A DNA stretch of 64,000 nt from Verrucomicrobiaceae bacterium (lineage in GTDB: Bacteria; Verrucomicrobiota; Verrucomicrobiia; Verrucomicrobiales; Akkermansiaceae): NCBI GenBank assembly GCA_051252135.1, contig JBPOGH010000001.1:192001-256000 (forward strand). Direction: 5' to 3'. Of this stretch, positions 48,731 to 57,156 are shown piece by piece. A program made the position numbers and the translations under genes. Every line of letters begins with the position of its first letter. The first letter of the stretch is position 1. The notes under the pieces are model-generated. The model ran no database searches. It saw nothing but the letters and a program-made list of their open reading frames with translations, and was not told the origin of the DNA.

Positions 48731-50448
48731 TGCGGCGATTGATCAGACCAATCCTGGCACTCGCGAGTGGTGCCGCGCTCGCGCTTTGCTTTGCGCCCTT
48801 TAACCAAAGTTGGATCGTTTGGGGGTGGATGTGGGTGCTGCTTCCATTGTTGTGGACCGTAGGCCCCGAGAAGCCCCGACGTGCCGGATTCGGGCTCGCC
48901 TATTTGAGCGGGCTGGGTTTTTGGTTCGTTAACTTGAAGTGGATTTTCACAGTTACGAGTCTTGGGGCGGTGACGATGGCCGTTTACTTTTCGGTTTACT
49001 TCGGATGCTTCGGAGCGTTCGCGGCAGTGGCAGGAAATCCTTGGCGTAAATCGGTTAAAACTCCGAAGGGAGTCCGCGATCGTTTTCGTGAGATGGGACG
49101 CAGTCTGGGAGTGGCGGCCCTTCTTGGCGGGTTCTGGTGCGGGATGGAATGGATCCGCGGGTGGATGTTGACAGGGTTCGGTTGGAACGGGTTGGGAACG
49201 GCGTTTTTCGATAGTCTGGTGCTCGCTCAAAACGCCGAATTTGTGGGTGTGATCGGCCTTTCCTTCCTGCCGGTGTTTTTCAGCGCGGTGGTGGTGCAGG
49301 TGGCCCGGCGATTTTACCTTCAAGGGCGGGATGGCGGAGTGAAGCTGCTTCATTGGGATTTTGCGACAGCGCTCCTGGTGATCATGACGGCGTTTACAAT
49401 TGGGACGGTTCGGCTGACGTCGGTGACCAATCAGGAAATGGTGGAAGGGCGGGCGCTTCTCATTCAGCAAAATATTCCGCAAGTGGCCGGGCAAGTATCG
49501 TGGGAGCCGCAGCGGATCATTTCAGGCTTTGTCGAATTGACCGAAAAAGGGCTTGAGGAGGCCGATGAGGAAGTTGTGATGGCTCTTCAGGAGGCGGGTG
49601 AGGGGGTGCCGATATCGGTGAGGCGCCCCGATCTGGTGGTTTGGCCCGAGGCCTGCCTCCCGGAATGGTTTTTCATCGGGGACGACGGAGTCCCGCGCGC
49701 CGGGGCACCGATGGAGAGTTTTTTGGATTACGCGAAAGGCTTGGGTGAGTTTGCTCTCGTTACGGGGATCACTGAGGTCGATGGGAATCCTGCTTCGGCG
49801 GATGCCAAGGTCTACAACTCGATCATGATTGATGACGGAGAGGGACGGCAGACTTATCAAAAGCACCATTTGGTCTACTTTGGAGAGGCCATCCCCGATA
49901 TTCAATTTCTCCGGGATATTTACAAGAATACGACCGGAGTGGAGTTCGGGGGCGGACTTACACCCGGTAAGGTTCTTTTGCCGATGGAGGTGGAGATGGG
50001 CGGGGAACAGGTTGGAATCATTCCTTCGGTGTGCTTTGAAGACACAGTTCCGCGTCTCGCCAGAAGGTTTGTCCGCCCCGGTCCGCAGCTGATCATCAAC
50101 GTCACCAATGACGGATGGTTCCACGAAAGTGAGGGCGCGATGCAGCACTTTCAAAATTCCATCTTCAGAGCCATTGAGTTGCGACGGCCCATGGTGCGGT
50201 GTGCGAACCGGGGGGTGACGGGAGTGATCTCGGTGACAGGGAGCACGGTTGATCCGGAGACCCGGGAAGAGCGGCTTCTGTTAGATGAAGACGGGAGCCA
50301 TTTCCATCGGGGGGCACTACTTGCTTCGGTGCAAATCCCCAAGGATGGCGAGGTCACCCTCTATTCGAAATGGGGCGATTGGTTCGCGGTTACGGGTCTT
50401 CTTTGCGGATTATTACGGGGAGGCTTCGTTCGCTTGCGGAACAGTTAA
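48730..50448 (+). CDS. lnt: apolipoprotein N-acyltransferase
   Basis: TM N-terminus, EW.RG..LTGF.W, VWPE, YQKHHLV.FGE, CFED, TNDGWF, R.AN.G. Confidence 0.93.
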   Translation: MRRLIRPILALASGAALALCFAPFNQSWIVWGWMWVLLPLLWTVGPEKPRRAGFGLAYLSGLGFWFVNLKWIFTVTSLGAVTMAVYFSVYFGCFGAFAAVAGNPWRKSVKTPKGVRDRFREMGRSLGVAALLGGFWCGMEWIRGWMLTGFGWNGLGTAFFDSLVLAQNAEFVGVIGLSFLPVFFSAVVVQVARRFYLQGRDGGVKLLHWDFATALLVIMTAFTIGTVRLTSVTNQEMVEGRALLIQQNIPQVAGQVSWEPQRIISGFVELTEKGLEEADEEVVMALQEAGEGVPISVRRPDLVVWPEACLPEWFFIGDDGVPRAGAPMESFLDYAKGLGEFALVTGITEVDGNPASADAKVYNSIMIDDGEGRQTYQKHHLVYFGEAIPDIQFLRDIYKNTTGVEFGGGLTPGKVLLPMEVEMGGEQVGIIPSVCFEDTVPRLARRFVRPGPQLIINVTNDGWFHESEGAMQHFQNSIFRAIELRRPMVRCANRGVTGVISVTGSTVDPETREERLLLDEDGSHFHRGALLASVQIPKDGEVTLYSKWGDWFAVTGLLCGLLRGGFVRLRNS

Positions 50449-50468
50449 GGGTCTGGCAGTCTCCCGCC

Positions 50469-51518
50469 GTGCAAAGTGATGTCCGGGCTGTTCTACAGTA
50501 TGTTCCTTCCTTCAGGGGAAAGGTCTTTGTGCTGGTTATCAACGCCGCCCGGATGCCCGAGTTGGCGCTGGCCGAGGCCCTTCTTGATTTAATTGCCCTT
50601 CAGCAAGTGGGAGTCCGTCTGGTGGTCGTCTCCACCGGAAGTGGTGAAGCGGAAATTGCCCATCGTTTTGTGGATGGCGAACTGAAGTGGCAATCAGTGG
50701 ATACACCGGATGCCGAGCGAATTTTGGCTGTCCTGGGAAGGGGGCAGTTGGCCCTTCTTGAAATGCCGGGGGCGGGGGAGTTGGATGAACAGATTGTCCG
50801 GATAGCCAGCGAAGTGGGGGCTGCAAAATTGATCACTTTTGTTCCCAAGGCAATTCGGGAAGACGGGGTGAGGCTCCACGCAGTTTCCAGAGAGCAGGCA
50901 TCAACCTGGAGCGGCAAAACGAAAGACCTATTCAACGCGGCTGCGGCAGCCTGCGCCAAGGGGATTCCGCGCGTGCATTTGCTTGATGAAACGCGACAGG
51001 GGGTTTTGATGGACGAGCTGTTTTCGAACGAAGGGGTGGGGGTCATGGTGCACTCGGATGATTACCTGAGTGTCCGTGCCTTGGGGCAGGAAGATATTCC
51101 GGAGCTTTTGGCGATGATCGGACGATCGATTCGCGATGCGCATTTGGTGCCCCGCTCGTATGAAGAGATTGAAAAATCGATCACGGAGTTTCAGGTCCTG
51201 ACAGTGGATGACAACGTCGTCGGTTGTGTGGCGCTGCATCCTTATCCCGAAGGATGTGCCGAAGTGGCCTGCCTCTATGTGAAACAAAACCATGGTGCCG
51301 AAGGCTATGGCAAATTGCTGGTCAGAGCCGCGGAAAAGCGGGCGAAGGAATTGGGGTTTCCCTGGGTCTTTGCGCTGAGTAATCGAGCAGTCGATTACTT
51401 CGTTGAGCAGTTGGGATATGAACCGGTGGATGTGGCTACGATTCCGGAAAGTCGCCAAGAATTGCTGCGAAATAGCGGCCGGAATTCAATGGTGATTCGC
51501 AAGGAACTTGCTGATTGA
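50469..51518 (+). CDS. argA: amino-acid N-acetyltransferase (AAK-like plus GNAT domains)
   Basis: Y+P.FRGK.FV, G+.RVH, ELFS.EG.G, GC.AL, E+ACLYV, R.S; GTG start inferred. Confidence 0.85.
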   Translation: MQSDVRAVLQYVPSFRGKVFVLVINAARMPELALAEALLDLIALQQVGVRLVVVSTGSGEAEIAHRFVDGELKWQSVDTPDAERILAVLGRGQLALLEMPGAGELDEQIVRIASEVGAAKLITFVPKAIREDGVRLHAVSREQASTWSGKTKDLFNAAAAACAKGIPRVHLLDETRQGVLMDELFSNEGVGVMVHSDDYLSVRALGQEDIPELLAMIGRSIRDAHLVPRSYEEIEKSITEFQVLTVDDNVVGCVALHPYPEGCAEVACLYVKQNHGAEGYGKLLVRAAEKRAKELGFPWVFALSNRAVDYFVEQLGYEPVDVATIPESRQELLRNSGRNSMVIRKELAD

Positions 51519-51522
51519 CCAT

Positions 51523-53730
51523 TTACTCAATCAGATTCACCGCGAGGCTCCGAACGGTGGCGAGATCGAGAAGGAAGAAGGAGTTGTCAGCCGAGAGGCT
51601 CCCGTAAAAGAAACGGTTTTCCGAGCCGCGCACCACTTGGGCGATTTTGAGGATATTGGGGGTGAGCGAGGTCGGCTTGCCGGAGTCGTCCACCTCTTCG
51701 ACCATCACGGAGATCGTGAGGTTGGGGTTTTCCAATTGGTTGGATGCCGCAGGAGCGACCGGGCCGAGCCAGCGATGGACCTTCACTTCCGAGAGCTTTT
51801 CAAGAAGGCGATTGGCTTTGTTGATGTTGAGCCTTGGTGTGATGTCCTGCCCGTCCAATCGGGCTTTCCAGGATTGGCTGAAGAAGTTGTAGCTGAGTTG
51901 GATTGGGGGTTGTCCGCTGCGTTGAATGACGAGCCCACGAATCTCAAAGGGGTCAATGTTCCAGATTTGAGGCGACCTCCAGTGGTAGTCCCTCATGGTG
52001 ATCTTATTGATGATCTGGGGTGAGATCTCGGTGACTCTGGGAGCGCCTTCCCGAGAGCTGTAAAAGTGAAGGCGTGGGCTTGAACCCAGCTTGAGAGAAA
52101 CATTCTCCGTGCCGGCCTTCAGAGAGATTGTTTTACCCTTATCCAATCCGTAGAGAGCGAGATCCTCGACGGGTGGTCGGGCGTCGGGCTGGGCTTTCAG
52201 GAGAGGGGTGATTTCCGGTGAGGGTTTTCCTTCTGCCAGTAGTTGGAAAGCGGTGGGTGAAACCTCGGCAATTCTTCCATCGGCAAGGTTTTGGACATAG
52301 AAGTGATCACGCATCGATTCACCGATCAGGAATCCGGCCTTGGAACCATCGGTCAGTTGCAGGTCAATTTTTCTAAGCGGTTTATCAAGACCGTAAGCCG
52401 AGAGGTCGGTTGCGGCATCATCGCTAAAGCTCACGATTTCATCGACAAAGAGCGCTTCAAAAAGGAGCTTCACCTGCTCTTCATTTGCGGCCCCCTGATA
52501 TTCACCCACATTGGCGTGCCAGCGTTTGGCACGCTCATGGGGATCGAATTCTAGCGAAAGTCCGAGGGTATTCCCCTGGTGACCGTCTATCTTGAGGCTC
52601 TTAACCTGGGCAACTTGAAGGGACGTGAGGGTGCGACTCCGGAGCTCATTTACATGTCTGGGGAGTTTGGCGAGATCGGCACGCGGCAGCTTCAAAATAG
52701 CGGGTCTGGTTTGGTCTTCTGCGGTGCCGATAATCGCAGACGTGACCAGGTCACCTTCCTCTTTGGGAGGGTAAATGTAGACGGTGGTGGGCAGCGATAC
52801 GCTCCCATCGGGAAGGAAGAACTTGAGTTGAATGGTTTCGGCGAGGTTCTCGGGAAGCGGCTTAGGGAGTGCCTCGCTATCCTTATCGAGAATAGCGGTT
52901 GCCCGAAGGGTAGAGAGGCCAGCGATCAGGGATGCCACCGCATCACTGTTGGCGGCCAAATCAAAGGGTGTGGAAACCCTCCAGGTGCCACTTTCACCCT
53001 GATGATCTCGTTTAAGAACGATTTCCGAATCTTTGTTTTTGAATGAAATTTCGGCAGCAAAGTGAGGCGGTCGATAGAAAACGCCGTGGTTTCGGAAGAG
53101 CTTGAGTCCGCCGTCGAAAAGCGTCCGAATGCCTACTTTACGCAACGCAGGATTGGCGCGATCACCACAGACATAAAAGTAGTCCCGCTGTTCCCTTTCG
53201 GCAGGCCAAATGATCACCGTGGGGTAGCTGCTGACACCTTTCTCCTCACCAACACTGTGGGGTCCTTCGTCGTCATCGACCTCGAGGGTGCGCCAAGCGG
53301 TGTAGCGCCCAATATTAAAATGGCAGAGATGGCTTCCGCCTCGATCGAACAACTGAACCTCGATTTTTTGACCACTCAGACCAAACTCGGCGGGGTCCTC
53401 GACCTCATCCCGATCAATCACATCTTCAATGATGAGGTTGCTGGCGAAGGAAAGGAGAGCTTGGACCACGGTGGGGTCGGAGATGTCCTCCCAAGGTTCC
53501 TCCATGACCCAGGCGCCGCCTTTCTTTTCGATGATGGCCCGGGTGCCGTCGTGATTGTTGATCTCGATCCGACCGACCGAGTTGGGGCTGAACTGATACA
53601 CCCGGTCACCTTCACCCCGCGCCGGCGCACCGAAGATGCTGGCGAGGCTTCCCTGGTAGGTTTGCACGAGCACGAGAGTCCCAAGCCCGAGAGCGAGGAG
53701 CGCGAGAAAGATGGAAGTAAGATGACGCAT
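51523..53730 (-). CDS. DUF4340-domain protein
   Basis: N-terminal TM; repeated W....P...A and (Y/F)GL..P motifs; last gene of the Gld-like ABC operon. Confidence 0.75.
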   Translation of the reverse strand: MRHLTSIFLALLALGLGTLVLVQTYQGSLASIFGAPARGEGDRVYQFSPNSVGRIEINNHDGTRAIIEKKGGAWVMEEPWEDISDPTVVQALLSFASNLIIEDVIDRDEVEDPAEFGLSGQKIEVQLFDRGGSHLCHFNIGRYTAWRTLEVDDDEGPHSVGEEKGVSSYPTVIIWPAEREQRDYFYVCGDRANPALRKVGIRTLFDGGLKLFRNHGVFYRPPHFAAEISFKNKDSEIVLKRDHQGESGTWRVSTPFDLAANSDAVASLIAGLSTLRATAILDKDSEALPKPLPENLAETIQLKFFLPDGSVSLPTTVYIYPPKEEGDLVTSAIIGTAEDQTRPAILKLPRADLAKLPRHVNELRSRTLTSLQVAQVKSLKIDGHQGNTLGLSLEFDPHERAKRWHANVGEYQGAANEEQVKLLFEALFVDEIVSFSDDAATDLSAYGLDKPLRKIDLQLTDGSKAGFLIGESMRDHFYVQNLADGRIAEVSPTAFQLLAEGKPSPEITPLLKAQPDARPPVEDLALYGLDKGKTISLKAGTENVSLKLGSSPRLHFYSSREGAPRVTEISPQIINKITMRDYHWRSPQIWNIDPFEIRGLVIQRSGQPPIQLSYNFFSQSWKARLDGQDITPRLNINKANRLLEKLSEVKVHRWLGPVAPAASNQLENPNLTISVMVEEVDDSGKPTSLTPNILKIAQVVRGSENRFFYGSLSADNSFFLLDLATVRSLAVNLIE

Positions 53731-53745
53731 TCGAATGATGAAATC

Positions 53746-55329
53746 CTAAGCCCGTCGGGCGTTCCAAACGAAGAGGGCGGCTAGCAAGAATCCGGTCGGG
53801 ATGAAGAAGACGGCGATATTTTGAAGCCAAGTTGCCTCGGAGGGGATGAGATTGAGCTTGCGCCGTTCCAGACCCCGGGGTCCGATTCCCATGAGCTCCT
53901 CCCGACCAAGCAGCCAGTGAGTGGTATTTTTTACAAAGTCGAGCTGTGCGGCCGACATGCGGTCGGGGTGAAGAAAGTCGGAAGTTGAGAGGATGATCAT
54001 TTTCCCGATCGTCTCGGTGGATCGATCGACATTGGCATTCCCCTTGATCACGGCGGCTCCGATGAAAAGTGGTCCGGGGTGGTCGGAGGCATCATCGAAG
54101 GTGGGTTGCGGCTCGGTGAAATCCACTTCTCCCCAAAAGCCCGGAGCGGCCTCAATAACGGAGAAGCATTGAATTCCCTGCGTAACGAGATCCTCGGCAT
54201 CTTCCCTTACCTCGAGGCTGGAAACGCGCCCCTCGAAACGGGTGGGTTTTCCTTCGAGGCTGACTGTGACCCGGTTGACTTCGGCATTTTCAGAAAAAAT
54301 TGCCTGCACCTGGCTGTCGGTGCGGCCATTTCTCACCTTGAGAATCCGGTCATTGCGGGGAGTGACTCCATGGCGGCGGAGGAAAGAGGTGAGATTGGGA
54401 ACCTTGGCCGAAGGGTTGAGATAGAACAGGAGAGAGGAGCTTTTTCGCTTCCAGTATTCCTCGAGAATTTCAAGCTCTTTGCGGGACAGGTCGTATTGAG
54501 GCCCGGCGATCACAACGCCCTCGGCATTTTGAGGGATTGATTCGATTTCACTGATCCGAATGGGAGCGAGAATGACGTTCAGCCGGCCGAGTGTTTCCGT
54601 GAGCATGTGCCCGGGCGAGGAGGCATCACCGGCTTCGATGTCGCTTTTATCACTGAGGAGATACATCACGCGGGGAAGCCCCTCGATTGCTGATTGCAGG
54701 TAGGAGGTGAGCATGTCCTCGTCCTGATATCCGATGATCCTGCGCTGCTTTTTGTCATCGGTGCGTTTCACCAGCATGTCCTCCACCCGGACGTAACGGA
54801 GGCCGGAGTTAATCGCTTGAATTCGTCGATCCCGGAGGGAGGTGGATTCGTTGGTGACTGCCGATCCCCGGGCATCGATGATGAAGAGGTCATCGCTAAA
54901 CAATTGGTCGGCGAGGAGATCACTGTAGTTGTTGGCGACCTCAAGAGCGCGGTCCTGATCCCTGATGGGGTCGAGGTGGTCGATCACGATTTTCCCTTTG
55001 GCGAGCCTTCCATATTCCTCGATGAGGATCCGAAGACGCTCGTAATGGGGTGAAGTCTTACGCAAAGCGGCAATGATCTTCACCGGTTCTTCGCGATCCT
55101 GAAGAGCGGAGGACTCCAGAAGGTTTACGGTTTGCTCGGATACCGTGAAATCGGAATGCTGCGTGAGATCCTTTTGTTTGTAGTAGAGGATTCCGAGATA
55201 GAACGCGCTCACCAGAATAACGAAGGCAAGCAGGAGTTGGAGCAAAACGCGAAGACGAATGCCGAGGCGCGTCACCGGAGTCGGTGGGGGCGCCATTTCA
55301 GAGACGATGGTTTCAGGTTCTTTGGCCAT
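53746..55329 (-). CDS. GldG-like ABC transporter auxiliary component
   Basis: TM, DLT....T.S.QT, IP.....+IAGP..DL, WL...E, C-terminal TM ending RR. Confidence 0.8.
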   Translation of the reverse strand: MAKEPETIVSEMAPPPTPVTRLGIRLRVLLQLLLAFVILVSAFYLGILYYKQKDLTQHSDFTVSEQTVNLLESSALQDREEPVKIIAALRKTSPHYERLRILIEEYGRLAKGKIVIDHLDPIRDQDRALEVANNYSDLLADQLFSDDLFIIDARGSAVTNESTSLRDRRIQAINSGLRYVRVEDMLVKRTDDKKQRRIIGYQDEDMLTSYLQSAIEGLPRVMYLLSDKSDIEAGDASSPGHMLTETLGRLNVILAPIRISEIESIPQNAEGVVIAGPQYDLSRKELEILEEYWKRKSSSLLFYLNPSAKVPNLTSFLRRHGVTPRNDRILKVRNGRTDSQVQAIFSENAEVNRVTVSLEGKPTRFEGRVSSLEVREDAEDLVTQGIQCFSVIEAAPGFWGEVDFTEPQPTFDDASDHPGPLFIGAAVIKGNANVDRSTETIGKMIILSTSDFLHPDRMSAAQLDFVKNTTHWLLGREELMGIGPRGLERRKLNLIPSEATWLQNIAVFFIPTGFLLAALFVWNARRA

Positions 55330-55332
55330 GGG

Positions 55333-56085
55333 TCAGGATTTCCAGCGTCGATAGTCGAGGAGGTGGTGGGTCAGGAAGAGGACGAAGCCCGTCATGGTCA
55401 GGTAATAGACGATGGCTCTGCTATCGATGAGTCCTCGCGAGAAGGTGGCCAGATGGTTCCGGGATGAGATGAAGTTGAACAAGGGAGCGGCGTCCATCTG
55501 ATCACCATAAAAGAAGGTGACCATTCCAAGGAGGTAATGGACCAGAAGAACACAAACGCAAATCACTCCTGCGATGATCTGGCTGGAGGTCAGGCAGGAG
55601 GCCAAGCATCCGAAGGATACGAAAAGCGCTCCCATCAGGGCCAAGATGACCATGGCTCCGTAAAGTTCACCTGGAGAGAAAGGAGGAGGGACATCGGTGA
55701 TGATGGTGAAGAGTTTAAAGTGGAAGAATCCGGGAATCCAAAGGATGAGATAGGTGACGTAAGCTGCGGAGAACTTGGAAAGAATCACTTGCCAGGTTTT
55801 CACGGGAGCGGTGAGGAGTCCTTCGATGGTCCCGGATCGCATTTCCTCGGAAAACAAGCGCATGGTGAGCACGGGAAAGAGAAAGAGGAAATAGAACCAA
55901 AAAGTAGGGGCCTGAAAGGTGGCATAGATCAGACTTTCATGACTCGCTGAGTCCATGAAGCCCTTCATGGTGCTCGTGAGTGAGAGTGCCTGCATGAGCG
56001 CTGCAAAACCACAAATTAACCACCCGAAGGGGGAGAAGAAGTAGCCTTTGAGCTCTTTAAAAAAGAGGATTCGGAAGGTGCGCAT
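55333..56085 (-). CDS. ABC-2 permease (GldF-like)
   Basis: KEL..YF.SP, P.LTMRL..EE.R.GT.E.LLT.P, F.RG.ID. Confidence 0.9.
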   Translation of the reverse strand: MRTFRILFFKELKGYFFSPFGWLICGFAALMQALSLTSTMKGFMDSASHESLIYATFQAPTFWFYFLFLFPVLTMRLFSEEMRSGTIEGLLTAPVKTWQVILSKFSAAYVTYLILWIPGFFHFKLFTIITDVPPPFSPGELYGAMVILALMGALFVSFGCLASCLTSSQIIAGVICVCVLLVHYLLGMVTFFYGDQMDAAPLFNFISSRNHLATFSRGLIDSRAIVYYLTMTGFVLFLTHHLLDYRRWKS

Positions 56086-56089
56086 GGAA

Positions 56090-57022
56090 TTAATCTTTTC
56101 GGGTAAGTTCGACGAAGACTTCTTCGAGGTTGGCATTCCGTCGGGCCAGCGAGCGGAGGGGCCATTGTTTCTCGGCGGCCAACTGGGCGAGGCGGATTCG
56201 GGTGTCGGTATTGGGAGCGACGAAGACCGAGAATCTTGTCCATCCCTCTTGAAGGGGTTCGCTGGTGACCTTGGTGACGCTATCGAGTTGTGCAAAGGCG
56301 ACCTCTCCGACCTCGGGGGCGATCTTGAGTTCAAGGCTGATGCGGCCGGCGCGGCGCATGGAGGAGACAAGGTTTCCGGGGGTGTCGGCGGCTTTCACTT
56401 TGCCTTCGTCGATGATGACGACCTTATTGCAGGTCATTTCGACCTCGCTGAGGATGTGAGTCGAGAGCAGGATGGTGTGGTTTTCACCCAATTGTTGAAT
56501 CAAGCGGCGGATGGCTCGAATCTGGTTCGGGTCGAGACCGTTGGTGGGTTCGTCCAGAATGAGGAGCTCCGGCTCATGGATGAGGGCATCGGCGAGGCCG
56601 ACACGCTGTCGGTAGCCTTTTGACAGGGTCTTGATCATCTTGCGCCGGACATGGGTGAGGCCGCAGGTATCCATGACCTCGCCAGTCCGGCGTCGGAGGG
56701 TTGCGCCCGCCAAACCACGAAGCGCACCCCGGAAGCGAAGGTACTCCTTTACCCGCATTTCCGTGTAAAGCGGGACATTTTCGGGCATGTAGCCAATTTT
56801 GCGCCGGACTTCGAGGGATTCGCGGAAAATGTCCAAGCCTGCAATCCGGGCGGCTCCCGAGGTGGGGGGGAGGTATCCGGTGAGCATTTTCAGGGTCGTG
56901 CTTTTCCCTGCGCCATTGGGTCCGAGGAAGCCGACGACTTCGCCGCGCTGGACTTCAAATGAAATCTCATTGACGGCCAAATGGCTTCCGTAGCGTTTAC
57001 TGAGATTAACAATCTCGATCAT
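56090..57022 (-). CDS. ABC transporter ATP-binding protein (GldA-like)
   Basis: GPNGAGKST, LSKGYRQRVG, LDEPT.GLDP.Q, STHIL.EV. Confidence 0.93.
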   Translation of the reverse strand: MIEIVNLSKRYGSHLAVNEISFEVQRGEVVGFLGPNGAGKSTTLKMLTGYLPPTSGAARIAGLDIFRESLEVRRKIGYMPENVPLYTEMRVKEYLRFRGALRGLAGATLRRRTGEVMDTCGLTHVRRKMIKTLSKGYRQRVGLADALIHEPELLILDEPTNGLDPNQIRAIRRLIQQLGENHTILLSTHILSEVEMTCNKVVIIDEGKVKAADTPGNLVSSMRRAGRISLELKIAPEVGEVAFAQLDSVTKVTSEPLQEGWTRFSVFVAPNTDTRIRLAQLAAEKQWPLRSLARRNANLEEVFVELTRKD

Positions 57023-57156
57023 GCGGTGCAAAAATAGAATTAGGATCAGGTGCTGAGCTGTTGACTCGCGGAGGTGTGCCTACTAACTAACGGCATAGCA
57101 ACTGCTCTCCAAGTCAGAAACGCGCTTACATTTTCAGATAAATTTAGACAAATTCC

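Noticed and set aside
55333..56370. Long N-terminal extensions in the ORF track (permease, also trpA, lysA, pgm, argA, the cyclo-ligase and the methyltransferase)
   Set aside because: They overlap neighbouring genes and precede the conserved N-terminal motifs, so downstream starts were used.
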